A DNA stretch of 64,000 nt from Candidatus Caldarchaeales archaeon (GTDB lineage Archaea; Thermoproteota; Nitrososphaeria_A; Caldarchaeales; Calditenuaceae): NCBI GenBank assembly GCA_039630085.1, contig JBCNVM010000001.1, forward strand, positions 160,001-224,000, read 5' to 3'. The notes under the pieces are model-generated. The model saw nothing but the letters and a program-made list of their open reading frames with translations, was not told the origin of the DNA and searched no databases. The first letter of the stretch is position 1. Every line of letters starts with the position of its first letter. The translations under genes were made by a program, and so were the position numbers. Positions 9,397 to 18,853 of the stretch are shown here, piece by piece.

Positions 9397-9666
9397 ATGG
9401 GCCGGGTGCTCTACGTCGTAAGGGTCATGCCCGCCGACGACCAAGTCGACCTCGAAGGGCTTCTGGACGCGATAAGGGACTCCGCGCCCGAGGGGGTGAT
9501 CGTGAGGAGCGCTAGGAAGGAGAGCGTCGCCTTCGGGCTCGAGAGCCTGCTGATCGCCTTCTCGCTCCCGGAGAGGGAGGGGGTGACCGACCAGCTCGAG
9601 GACTTCCTGAGGTCCCTCGAGGGCGTCGGGGAGGTGACGGTGGAGGCCCTATCGAGGGAGGGCTGA
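9397..9666 (+). CDS. ef1b: Translation elongation factor aEF-1beta
   Basis: VRVMPADDQVDL and ESVAFGL motifs; ATG at 9397. Confidence 0.88.
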   Translation: MGRVLYVVRVMPADDQVDLEGLLDAIRDSAPEGVIVRSARKESVAFGLESLLIAFSLPEREGVTDQLEDFLRSLEGVGEVTVEALSREG

Positions 9667-10521
9667 CTACCTCCTCATGCGCTCGATCGTCTTCTCGACC
9701 ATCATCCCCGCCAAGTCGAAGCCCGTGACCCTGACGGTGTTCCTGAACTCGACGACCGCGTTCACCTCGCTGACGTAGAGCCTCCCGTCCGGAGACTCCA
9801 TCAGGTCGACCCCGAGAATTCCGCCGCCCATCGCGTCGCCGGCCCTTATCGTCAGGTCCACCAGCTCCCCGGTGAGCTCCGCGGGCTCGGCCCTGCCTCC
9901 GAGCGCCGTGTTGGTCTTCCACCTGCTGCTGTACCGGTAGATCGCGACCGGGACCTCTCCCCAGACGTAAAAGGCCCTGATGTCCCTCCCGGGCTTGTTC
10001 ACGAACTCCTGGATGTAGTGGACCTTGAAGTAGGGAGATGGCATCGACTCCCTGAAGTCGATGATGTCGAGCAGGTCGTCCTCGCTCAGGGCCCTCGCCA
10101 TCATCCTGCCCCAGCTCCCGAAGATCGGCTTCACGACCACCGGATACCCGAGCTCCCTAGCGGCCTCTACCGCCTTCTGCCTCGAGAAGGCCACGCAGGT
10201 CCTCGGGACTGGGACGCCGTTCGCCGAGAGCCTGATCGTCGTCACCAGCTTGTCGCCGCAGTCCCTGATCACATCGTAACGGTTGACCACCTCGACCCCC
10301 TCGCCCTCTAAGAGCGCCGCGCTGGAGAGGGCCCTGTAGAAGCTCACGCACCTCTCGAAGGCGAAGTCGACGCCGTCGGCGAAGCCCGCGGAGGAGTCCT
10401 CGACCTTCACGACCATCGAGGGCACGTAGAGCGGCACTAGCTCGTGGCCCCTCCTCCTAATCGCCTCGACGATCTGCCTCTCCTCGTCCCGGACGACGTC
10501 GTAGGCTATTCCTATCCTCAA
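9667..10521 (-). CDS. lysX: LysX/ArgX-type ATP-grasp ligase (RimK family)
   Basis: KPIFGSWGR, QEFVNKPGRDIR, WKTNTALGG, EVNAVVEF; directly downstream of lysW. Confidence 0.9.
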   Translation of the reverse strand: MRIGIAYDVVRDEERQIVEAIRRRGHELVPLYVPSMVVKVEDSSAGFADGVDFAFERCVSFYRALSSAALLEGEGVEVVNRYDVIRDCGDKLVTTIRLSANGVPVPRTCVAFSRQKAVEAARELGYPVVVKPIFGSWGRMMARALSEDDLLDIIDFRESMPSPYFKVHYIQEFVNKPGRDIRAFYVWGEVPVAIYRYSSRWKTNTALGGRAEPAELTGELVDLTIRAGDAMGGGILGVDLMESPDGRLYVSEVNAVVEFRNTVRVTGFDLAGMMVEKTIERMRR

Positions 10522-10536
10522 GCCCCGCTTACCCTT

Positions 10537-10710
10537 CTACTCTCCCCAGTCCTCCGCGACCTCCTCGGCCATCTTCAGCCTCGGCCTCTCGCCTTCGAGG
10601 TAGTACTCCAGCTGTGCGCCGCAGGACCCGCACTCGAAGAGCTCGCCCTCGAGGGCGTCGTCGGGCACCTCCACCTTCCCGTCGCAGACCGGACAGCTGA
10701 GCGACCTCAC
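10537..10710 (-). CDS. lysW: Amino-group carrier protein LysW (missed by ORF track)
   Basis: 57 aa MRSLSCPVCDGKVEVPDDALEGELFECGSCGAQLEYYLEGERPRLKMAEEVAEDWGE; two CxxC and the diagnostic EDWGE C-terminus; GAGGTG SD upstream. Confidence 0.95.
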   Translation of the reverse strand: MRSLSCPVCDGKVEVPDDALEGELFECGSCGAQLEYYLEGERPRLKMAEEVAEDWGE

Positions 10711-10858
10711 GCCACGACCACCTCGCGCGGTCTCGACACGTCCCGCTCATAAACGTAATGTCCTTCCGATATCCGCTAATCTTCAGCGCAGAGACCCGAG
10801 GGACCCACGTATGTATGGTACGAATACCACACTGAATTTCCGAATAACGTCAGAGCGT

Positions 10859-12112
10859 TCAGAACCTAAGGACGAGGCCCTTCTTCTCGAGGCTAATGGC
10901 CTCGAAGGGGATGGAGAGCTCCCTCGCGATCCTGTACGCCTCCGCGATCTCCTGAGCCGTCGGGTACCGGGCTATGTCGGAGAGCCTCGGGTCGAACTCG
11001 GGCGACGTCGGGTCGGCGAAGCAGTCGGGGTGGTACTGGTCCATGACGTTAACGAGGGTACCGGGCATATTCCTGGCGATCCACTCTAGGACCGGCCTCG
11101 TGCAGCACTCGACGTGGTTGGGCATCACGAGGTGCCTTATCACGATGTCCTCGCCCCACTCGTAGATCGCCCTGTGGTTCGCGGTCACGGTCTCCCAGTA
11201 CCAGGGAGTCCTCGCGAGCCTTATCGAGCACTTGTCGTTCCCGAACTTGAAGTCCGGGAGCCAGATGTCCACAAGCTCCCTGAGCAGCTCGAGCGTCTCC
11301 GGCGTCATGTACATGTTCGAGTTCCAGAGGATCGGGACGTTGAACTCGCCGTCGATCGAGTACCTCTCCCTCGGGAGCCTCCTCCACCTCAGGTAGTCGG
11401 GCTTCATCAGCCACATGTAAGCGAGGTCCTCCTTCTCCGGGACGACCTTCCCTAGCATCGATATCGCCTCGACGATCGTGTGGAGGTGGACGGTGGGCTC
11501 GCCGCCGACGAGATTGACGTTGTGGCAGCCCTCGACCCTCAGCTCCCACATCATCTTCGCGAGGAGCTCCGGCGTCACGTCGAGGCCGTTGTCCTTGTCC
11601 TTGCTGATGTCGCCGTTCTGGCAGAACCCGCACCTCATGTTGCAGGAGGTGAAGAAGACGGTCCCCGAGCCGAAGGTTCCCCTGATCGGGAGCTCCTCGC
11701 CGAGGTGGTGAAAGTAGCTGCTGACCTTCGAGGTCCTCGCGAGCATGCAGGTCCCGAGCTTCCCTCCCGAGACCCTGTCGACCCTGCACCTCCACCTGCA
11801 GAAGGTGCAGGACCTTAGCGTCCTCCTCACGATCTCGACCTTCAGGTCCATCAGCGACGGCGAGGCCTCCTCCAAGTCCCTCAGCCTAAGCACGCCCTCC
11901 CTCACCTCCCTCTGGAGAGACCTGAACTCCTCAGCCCGCCTCCTGTGCTCCCTCCAGAGCTCCTCGGTCGTCGACTCGGGCCCGAACTCCGCCGGTATCC
12001 TCCTGCAGATCAGGTACTTCGCCGGGAGCTCGTTGTTCGCGACCCTGTAGTACCAGTCGAGCCTCTCCCTTACCTCCTCTAGCTCCCAGATCCAAAGCGA
12101 TTGAAACGCCAT
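10859..12112 (-). CDS. Radical SAM protein, PflX family
   Basis: CTFCRWRC auxiliary motif, SGTVFFTSCNMRCGFCQN, DIWLPDFKFGN, IRHLVMPNH. Confidence 0.88.
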   Translation of the reverse strand: MAFQSLWIWELEEVRERLDWYYRVANNELPAKYLICRRIPAEFGPESTTEELWREHRRRAEEFRSLQREVREGVLRLRDLEEASPSLMDLKVEIVRRTLRSCTFCRWRCRVDRVSGGKLGTCMLARTSKVSSYFHHLGEELPIRGTFGSGTVFFTSCNMRCGFCQNGDISKDKDNGLDVTPELLAKMMWELRVEGCHNVNLVGGEPTVHLHTIVEAISMLGKVVPEKEDLAYMWLMKPDYLRWRRLPRERYSIDGEFNVPILWNSNMYMTPETLELLRELVDIWLPDFKFGNDKCSIRLARTPWYWETVTANHRAIYEWGEDIVIRHLVMPNHVECCTRPVLEWIARNMPGTLVNVMDQYHPDCFADPTSPEFDPRLSDIARYPTAQEIAEAYRIARELSIPFEAISLEKKGLVLRF

Positions 12113-12229
12113 TCCTTCCGGTCCTGCTACGCGTTCGTCCAATAAAGGAATTTCCTGCCCCACTAATATGTCAACGACTCCGAGCCCCGATGAGGGGCGG
12201 CTCTTCTCGTTTATCCAAAGCCCTCATTA

Positions 12230-12372
12230 GCGTATTGATCAATTGTCTCTCTATTCCCTCAACCGACCACTGTCCAATTGTGTAGACGATTGTATATTAT
12301 TGTATGTAGCATATTACAAGAATTACGTTTAATAATGCACTAAGTGTAATTTTTGTTGAGGGGAAGGGGGAA
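12230..12372 (+). promoter_or_regulatory. AT-rich divergent promoter region upstream of the flavoprotein operon
   Basis: Sharp AT enrichment; ATTGT at 12242, 12277, 12289, 12299; TTGTA-N10-TACAA at 12300-12319; TATA-like TTTAATA at 12328; purine-rich SD before ATG 12373. Confidence 0.6.
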
Positions 12373-13872
12373 ATGTCCCAAGGTCAGACCCTCAGCAGGA
12401 GAGCTTTCCTCCAGGGTCTGGCCGCAGGGGTCGTTGTCGGCGGTGTGGGCGTAGGTGGGACGCTGACGGCACTGCGAATGGCTGAGCCCGTTTACTGGAA
12501 GATGCCGGAGAGGTGGGACCTCGAGGCGGACGTCGTGATAGCGGGGTTCGGCGTGGCCGGCGCGTCCGCGGCGATCGAGGCGGCCGAGAACAAGGCCTCG
12601 GTCCTAGTCCTCGACAAGTCCCCGACGCCGGGTGGCAACAGCGTGATGTCCGGCGGCAACATGGGGGTCATTAACTCCTCGGCCCAGAGGGAGAAGAACC
12701 TCGTCATGGAGGTGGCCGCCTGGAACCGCAGCGTCACCCGCGTGATGAAGGAGACGCACTGGGAGCAGGTCTTCCCGACGGAGAGGGACATGAAGTACAT
12801 GGAGAACTGCGGCAAGGAGGTCGGAGACTGGCTGAGGAACTTCGGCATCGAGTACGAGCTGGTCATCCCGACGCTCATTAGGAACAAGGGCGGAGGTCCC
12901 GGCCTGACATCGACGCTCCAGAAGGCCGCCCGGGAGAAGGGAGCTAGGGTCGAGACGGAGTTCAAGGTCACCCAGCTCGTGGCGAGGCCCGACAACAACA
13001 TGGTTCTGGGCGTAGTCGGAGAGAAGGGAGGGAGCAGGCTGTTCGTTAAGGCGAGGAGGGGCGTTGTGCTCGCCACAGGGCCGTTCTCAGCCAACAAGGA
13101 AATGCTCAAGCTCCACAGCCCGATCGGATATCACGCGCTCCCGATCACGGCGGCGGTCAGCACGGGCGAGGGTCTGATGATGGCTCAGGCGCTGGGAGCG
13201 GCGGTCGCGAACCTCCACCACATCAGCGGGTTCCCGGCGATACCCAAGGTCAACGCTAGGTTCAGACCACAGGGGATCTCGGCGATCTTCGTCAACGAGA
13301 AGGGCTACAGGTTCGTGAACGAGGCGGAGCACTTCGAAGTCCTGAACGACAGGATCTTCTACCAGCCGGGGCACCGCGCGTGGCTGATCACGGACAGCGA
13401 GCAGCTGAAGAAGAGCACCGGCAAGGGGATCAGCACTGCCCTCTCCGAGGACCTGGCCAAGGAGGTCGAGCAGGGGATAGTGATCAGGGCGCCGACCCTG
13501 GAGGCACTAGCGGACGCAATCAAGGTCCACAAGGAGAACTTCCTGAGGACGGTCAGGACCTGGAACGAGTGGGCCAAGACGACCAAGCGCGACCTTGACT
13601 TCGGGAGGGCCGACTCGCCGGCGTTCACCTTCTCGCCGATAGAGAACCCGCCCTTCTACGCGGTGGAGCTGGTCCCGAGCATCTCGGGGACCAACGGAGG
13701 CCTAGTCGCGGACGGGGAGTCCAGGGTCATCAACGTCCACGGCAAGCCAATACCTCGCCTCTACGCAGCTGGTGACATCGTCGCGGGAGGCTTAATCTCG
13801 CACCTCGGCGAGGCCATATTCTTCGGGAGGATCGCCGGGAGGAACGCCGCAAGGGAGCAACCTTGGGCCTAA
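12373..13872 (+). CDS. Tat-exported FAD-dependent oxidoreductase (FAD_binding_2 / flavocytochrome c flavin-subunit-like)
   Basis: SRRAFLQG twin-arginine signal; DVVIAGFGVAG, GGNSVMSGG, GVVLATG, TNGGL, RLYAAGD. Confidence 0.9.
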   Translation: MSQGQTLSRRAFLQGLAAGVVVGGVGVGGTLTALRMAEPVYWKMPERWDLEADVVIAGFGVAGASAAIEAAENKASVLVLDKSPTPGGNSVMSGGNMGVINSSAQREKNLVMEVAAWNRSVTRVMKETHWEQVFPTERDMKYMENCGKEVGDWLRNFGIEYELVIPTLIRNKGGGPGLTSTLQKAAREKGARVETEFKVTQLVARPDNNMVLGVVGEKGGSRLFVKARRGVVLATGPFSANKEMLKLHSPIGYHALPITAAVSTGEGLMMAQALGAAVANLHHISGFPAIPKVNARFRPQGISAIFVNEKGYRFVNEAEHFEVLNDRIFYQPGHRAWLITDSEQLKKSTGKGISTALSEDLAKEVEQGIVIRAPTLEALADAIKVHKENFLRTVRTWNEWAKTTKRDLDFGRADSPAFTFSPIENPPFYAVELVPSISGTNGGLVADGESRVINVHGKPIPRLYAAGDIVAGGLISHLGEAIFFGRIAGRNAAREQPWA

Positions 13873-15350
13873 ATCCCCGTAAACAAGCATCGTTTTTTTA
13901 TTTTGTCCTTAATGTAACACTAGTGCTATTCATAGTATCGCATGGACTTCTGTACGGAGCTTCAGCACAACAGACCGTCATCAAGGCCTATAGGGCTGAG
14001 GTGGTGCCGCAGATAGACGGCGTCGTGACGGAGGGCGAATGGGACGACGTTCCCCTCTTCAGGGAGACCGTGACGAGGGCGCGGATCGCCTTCAAGCACG
14101 ACGGCCAGAACCTCTACTTCCTCGCTGTCTACGAGGACGCGAGCCCGAAGCCGATCGACTATTACGCGTTGGAGTTCGATCCGGACGGCGACCAAGCGCA
14201 CATGGGCAGCGAGGAGGTCCCGGACTACGGGATAATCGTCAGCGCGGTCTACGGGGAGAACCACGCGAGGGAGGCGGTCCTGCCGGGTGCGGTCAAGCCG
14301 ATACTCTACGAGGACCTGGGGCTGAGGACGACGGCCGTCGCGAGGATGTCCTACCGGGAGGGCAAGTTCGTCGTCGAGCTGAAGCGGCCCTTCTCCAAGG
14401 ACGAGAGGGGAATGATGGAGCTCTCGGTGGGTAAGTCGATCGGCATAGGGTTCGCGGTGGGAGAGTTCGGGATGGGGATAGACCACAGGGCCACCGACAT
14501 GTCGACGTACGTGCTCGCGATCGTCGACGAGCGGTACGCTGGCGAGCCGATCGCGGAGGCCTTCGACCTCTACGGGCTCGTTTACACGTACGGGCCCTAC
14601 GCCTGGCTCGCGGCCCTGGCCGGCGTCGTGGCCCACTTCGGCAGGAGGAGGGCCTGGAGGGCCCCGAACTACGAGCGGTGGACGTTCCTCGAGAGGCACC
14701 ACTGGTCCGCGAGGCTCTCCCACTGGATCAGGGTGGCCGTGCTCGCGGTCATGATAGTCACGGGGTGGGGCATCACGGTCAAGCAGGCGCCCCTCGGGGC
14801 CCTGACCAGGGACGTCCACATCTGGGTCGCATTCGTGATCCTGTTGGCGGACCTCCCGCTTCACATCTACTCGATGGCCAGGGGCGAGTACAGGCACCTC
14901 CTGATGATCAACAGGGACGACATCGAGGTGACGATCACGATAGCCAAGAACTTCCTCGGGCTGACGAGGGCCTACCCGCCGCACGCCGTCTACGACCTCG
15001 AGTCAGGGGACTACTACATGGGGAGGAAGTACTGCTCCCTGCAGAAGCCGCTCGGCTGGTTCTACTTCGCCTCGATGCTCCTCATGGGCCTGACAGGGTT
15101 CGCGCTGGCCTACCCGTCGCTGTTCCCGTGGGTCTTCGCGCTGATGGGGGGAGGGCTGAACGTGAGGGCCGTGCATCTGCTTCTGTTCTACCTCTTCACG
15201 GCCGTCTTCTTCGTCCACGTCTACCTCTCGCTGATCCCTGCTAACTGGAACAGGCTCAGGGCGATCGTGCTGGGGAGCTGCAGGGTGCCGGTGCTAACGG
15301 CCAAAGAGGCTAAGGCCCTCGAGGAGGTCGCGGAGGTTCCCAGATCCTGA
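13863..15350 (+). CDS. Membrane protein: DOMON-like heme domain fused to cytochrome b (FdhC/Ni_hydr_CYTB-like)
   Basis: Signal peptide; PQIDGVVTEGEW...DGQNLYF...VVELKRP DOMON/CBM9-like fold with AHMG and DHRATDM; TM region with RLSHW, DVH, LH, AVH..FVH histidines and GRKYCSLQK. Confidence 0.78.
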   Translation: MGLNPRKQASFFYFVLNVTLVLFIVSHGLLYGASAQQTVIKAYRAEVVPQIDGVVTEGEWDDVPLFRETVTRARIAFKHDGQNLYFLAVYEDASPKPIDYYALEFDPDGDQAHMGSEEVPDYGIIVSAVYGENHAREAVLPGAVKPILYEDLGLRTTAVARMSYREGKFVVELKRPFSKDERGMMELSVGKSIGIGFAVGEFGMGIDHRATDMSTYVLAIVDERYAGEPIAEAFDLYGLVYTYGPYAWLAALAGVVAHFGRRRAWRAPNYERWTFLERHHWSARLSHWIRVAVLAVMIVTGWGITVKQAPLGALTRDVHIWVAFVILLADLPLHIYSMARGEYRHLLMINRDDIEVTITIAKNFLGLTRAYPPHAVYDLESGDYYMGRKYCSLQKPLGWFYFASMLLMGLTGFALAYPSLFPWVFALMGGGLNVRAVHLLLFYLFTAVFFVHVYLSLIPANWNRLRAIVLGSCRVPVLTAKEAKALEEVAEVPRS

Positions 15351-15423
15351 GGAGAAGGGCTCCCCCTGATGACCCTCGCCGTTCTCCTCTTTCCCGCAGA
15401 TACGGGAGCGGTGACCCTTCGGC

Positions 15424-16506
15424 TCAGCGCAGCCTCTTACCCTCGATGAACTCCTCGACCATCTCCCTCGCGACGTGGTCAGGGTACTGGACCGGCGGGG
15501 ACTTCATCAGGTAGGCTGAGGGCGAGTAGAGGACGCCTCCGACGCCCCTGTCCATCGCGAGCTTCACGCACCTGATCGCGTCGACAGCGACGCCCGCCGC
15601 GTTCGGCGAGTCCCAGACCTCGAGCCTGACCTCGACGGTGATCGGCGCGTCTCCGAAGAGCCTCCCCTCGAGCCTGATGTAGGCGACCTTCCTGTCCTGG
15701 AGCCATGGCACGTAGTCGCTCGGCCCTATGTGGACGCTCCCCCCGTCGACGGGCCGTCCGGACATCACGGAGGTCACGGCGCCGGTCTTGGACCTCTTCT
15801 TCGACGAGAGCCTCTCCCTCTCGAGCATGTTCAGGAAGTCCGTGTTCCCTCCGAAGTTCAGCTGATACGTCCTGTCGACGACCGCGCCCCTGTCGCCGAA
15901 GAGGGTCACGAGGGACCTGTGGAGGATCGTCGCACCAACCTGGCTCTTGATGTCGTCCCCGACGATCGGGACCCTCCTCCTCTCGAACTCCGACTGCCAG
16001 GCGGGGTCGCTCGCGATGAAGACCGGGATCGCGTTCACCATTCCGGCCCCTGCCTCGAGGGCCGACCTCGCGTAGAACCTAGTGGCCTCCTCGCTCCCGA
16101 CGGGGAGGTAGTTGATCAGCACATCTGCTCCGGCGCTCTTCAGCGCGTCCGCCACGTCGACCGGCCTTCCGGGGTGCTCGGGGACCTCGTCCCTCAGGTA
16201 CCTCCCGAGGCCGTCCAGCGTCGGGCCCCTCATCACCTCGACGCCCAGCTTCGGGACCTCCGCGAACCTCAGCGTGTTGTTGGGAGGGGAGAAGATCGCC
16301 TCTGAGAGGTCCTTCCCGACCTTCCTCGCGTCGACGTCGAAGGCCGCGACGAACTCTATGTCGCCCACGTGATATCCCCCGAGCCTGACGTGCATCAGCC
16401 CCGGGACCCGCTCGCCGTCATCGGCGTTCGCGTAATAGTGGACTCCTTGTACGAGGGCCGAGGCGCAGTTGCCCACGCCGGCTATAGCGACCCTGACCTT
16501 CGGCAC
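15424..16506 (-). CDS. ino1: Myo-inositol-1-phosphate synthase
   Basis: [35 protein letters not shown]. Confidence 0.95.
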   Translation of the reverse strand: MPKVRVAIAGVGNCASALVQGVHYYANADDGERVPGLMHVRLGGYHVGDIEFVAAFDVDARKVGKDLSEAIFSPPNNTLRFAEVPKLGVEVMRGPTLDGLGRYLRDEVPEHPGRPVDVADALKSAGADVLINYLPVGSEEATRFYARSALEAGAGMVNAIPVFIASDPAWQSEFERRRVPIVGDDIKSQVGATILHRSLVTLFGDRGAVVDRTYQLNFGGNTDFLNMLERERLSSKKRSKTGAVTSVMSGRPVDGGSVHIGPSDYVPWLQDRKVAYIRLEGRLFGDAPITVEVRLEVWDSPNAAGVAVDAIRCVKLAMDRGVGGVLYSPSAYLMKSPPVQYPDHVAREMVEEFIEGKRLR

Positions 16507-16508
16507 AG

Positions 16509-16524
16509 TTTTATGCCCATAAAA
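16509..16524. promoter_or_regulatory. Perfect inverted repeat (candidate operator) immediately upstream of ino1
   Basis: TTTTATG-CC-CATAAAA, lying between a minus-strand TAAATA box (~16528-16533) and the ino1 start at 16506. Confidence 0.5.
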
Positions 16525-16543
16525 TACTATTTAGCCCTTAACC

Positions 16544-16918
16544 TCATCTCGAAGGCCCGGAGTCGGAGCGGCCGGTGAGCGCGTCGGCCACATCCCTTAG
16601 GAAACTCAGGGCGGACTCCAGCTCGGACATGCCCCTCTCGGTCAGCTCGTAGTAGACCCTGGCGCCGCCGGTCCTGCTCCGCTCGACCCTGCTGGAGGTG
16701 ATGAGCCCTTCCCGCTCGAGCCTGTAGAGGACCACGTAGCAGGTGACCCTGCTCGGCCTGAACCCGAACCTCCCCTCGATCAGGTCCACGAACTCGTAGC
16801 CGTACCTCGGCCCCTCTCTCAGTACCGCGAGGACGTAGAGCCAGAGGTTCTCGAGGGTGAGCTTCCTGACCAGCCTCCTCCCGGCCCTCGACCTCGGGGA
16901 CCACTCGGGACGCCTCAA
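16544..16918 (-). CDS. PadR family transcriptional regulator
   Basis: LYVLAVLREGPRYGYE, YVVLYRLEREGLI, RVYYELTERG; start uncertain (TTG 16918 or 16960). Confidence 0.88.
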   Translation of the reverse strand: MRRPEWSPRSRAGRRLVRKLTLENLWLYVLAVLREGPRYGYEFVDLIEGRFGFRPSRVTCYVVLYRLEREGLITSSRVERSRTGGARVYYELTERGMSELESALSFLRDVADALTGRSDSGPSR

Positions 16919-16974
16919 GACCTGACGGAGTTCGGGCCAGCGGGCTATTGTGTATTGCACGCGACCCCGAGCAC

Positions 16975-18657
16975 GTGACCGCGGAAAGTCCTAATCCGAG
17001 GGAGTCGGTCGAGGGCGTGTTCAGCGAGCTCTGGCTCAGCACCGGAAGGAACTACTTCACTGAGGACAGGCCGCTCCAGCTCCTCCTGAAGCACGTCGGG
17101 TTCAAGGGGGACCCGAACCTTGAGCGGCTCGGGCACTACGTCTCGACCGAGATGATGGAGGCGAGCCACTGGATCGACCGTTTCGCCAGGCCGACCCTGA
17201 GGAAGTGGAGCGCGACGGGCCGCGAGGTCGACGCGGTGCAGGTATCGCCGGAGCACCTGAGGACGGTCTACGACCTGCTGGGCTTCGGGGTCGTCTCGAA
17301 AGCCCTCGGCGGGGAGAGGGACCTGACTTACCACTTCGTCTCGGGCTACGTGATCTCGGACGCAGGGTTCTTCTGCACGATCACCCTGACGATGCAGACG
17401 GCCTGCGGGCTGATGAAGTACGGCGACGGCGAGACGAGGTCCCGGTTCCTCCCGAACTTCCTGAGGAGGGAGAGGCCTTGGACGGGAGCGACCTTCTACA
17501 CCGAGGTCCAGGCGGGGAGCGACCTGGGGAACATCGAGACCGTCGCGGAGGCTAGGGGCGGGAGGTGGCTCCTCAGGGGCCTGAAGTACTTCGCGAGCAA
17601 CGTGGGCCTTGCTGACGCGGCGATCATCACGGCCAAGCCTCTTCCGGCCGTGAGCGGGCCGAGGGGCGTCGCGGCGTTCTTCGCGCCTGCGAGGAAGGAG
17701 GACGGCTCGCCGAACTGGAGGGTCATCAGGCTGAAGGAGAAGCTGGGGACGGTCACGGTCCCGACCGGCGAGGTCGAGCTCAGGGACGCGGAGGCCTACC
17801 AGCTCGGGGATCAGGGCCAGGGGATCTACGTCGCGCTCGAAATACTCACGGTGGCGAGGATAGACAACGCGATCGCGGGGCTTGGCCTCGCGAGGAAGGC
17901 GCTCTGGGAGGCCGCGCTCTACGGCAGCCAGAGGAGGGCGTTCGGGAGGAGGCTCGTCGAGCACCCGCTCTACCTGAGGGACCTCGTCGAGATGGAGTCG
18001 AGGCTTCAGGCGAACCTCCTGCTCTCCCTGATCGCTGCGAAGGCCTTCAGTGAGGCCTCCGCTGAACGTCCTCCCTACTCCCAGGACTATCACAGGGCGA
18101 GGCTTCTGAGCCACGTCACCAAGAACATGGCCGCGTGGGCCTCGATCGAGCTGACGAGGTACGCGATGGAGCTTATGGGCGGCATAGGGTTCCTCGAGGA
18201 GTTCCCGATGGCGAAGGTCCACAGGGACTCCTTGGTGACCGCGATCTGGGAGGGGACCAGCAACGTCCAGTCGCTGGACATGGCGGAGGTCCTCTTCAGG
18301 AAGGGGCTCGCCGAGCGGCTGATGGAGGAGCTGGCCGCGGGGATCTCCAGTGTGGAGGACGGGGAGGCTAGGGTCGCCCTCGTAGCGCTCCTCGAGGGAG
18401 AGGTCAAGCGGGCCGTGGCAGCGGCGGCCTCGGACGGCGTCGAACACCACTCGAAGCACCTCCTCGAGAGGCTCGGGAGCCTGATCGCGGCCCTCCACTA
18501 CCAGAGGTGGGCCGAGGAGACCTCGAAGGAGACCGGTGAGGACTGGCCGCTCGCGATGAGCAGGGTCTTCCTCGAGAGCTGGGTCCGCAGGAGGGACATC
18601 CCTTCGGACTTGGTCAGGAGGGCGAGCGAGGGCGTCAGCTGGATGTTCGGCTCGTAA
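16975..18657 (+). CDS. Acyl-CoA dehydrogenase (AidB-like)
   Basis: TEVQAGSD, RLKEKLGT..VPTGEV, RRAFGRRL, MELMGGIG, IWEGTSNV. Confidence 0.9.
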   Translation: MTAESPNPRESVEGVFSELWLSTGRNYFTEDRPLQLLLKHVGFKGDPNLERLGHYVSTEMMEASHWIDRFARPTLRKWSATGREVDAVQVSPEHLRTVYDLLGFGVVSKALGGERDLTYHFVSGYVISDAGFFCTITLTMQTACGLMKYGDGETRSRFLPNFLRRERPWTGATFYTEVQAGSDLGNIETVAEARGGRWLLRGLKYFASNVGLADAAIITAKPLPAVSGPRGVAAFFAPARKEDGSPNWRVIRLKEKLGTVTVPTGEVELRDAEAYQLGDQGQGIYVALEILTVARIDNAIAGLGLARKALWEAALYGSQRRAFGRRLVEHPLYLRDLVEMESRLQANLLLSLIAAKAFSEASAERPPYSQDYHRARLLSHVTKNMAAWASIELTRYAMELMGGIGFLEEFPMAKVHRDSLVTAIWEGTSNVQSLDMAEVLFRKGLAERLMEELAAGISSVEDGEARVALVALLEGEVKRAVAAAASDGVEHHSKHLLERLGSLIAALHYQRWAEETSKETGEDWPLAMSRVFLESWVRRRDIPSDLVRRASEGVSWMFGS

Positions 18658-18853
18658 TACATGATCCCTGAGTTTGTAGAAGAAGCGGGCTACAGTTCGC
18701 GACGCTGCACACCCCCCTCCACGGAATCCTTGAAGGTTCACGCGTGACTCGGGGACTGAGGGCCACGCAGGCCCTCGCCTCGCGTCCGTCGCGGAAGCTT
18801 CGGGCCTCACATGGTATAAATCCCGGAGGCCGGGTGGTGCCGAGGCGCGGGAC

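Noticed and set aside
10529-10750. 73-aa ORF called by the track
   Set aside because: Wrong frame; the real gene here is lysW at 10537-10710
18658-18853. Intergenic stretch checked for an RNA gene
   Set aside because: No cloverleaf, convincing C/D box pair, SRP or RNase P signature recognised
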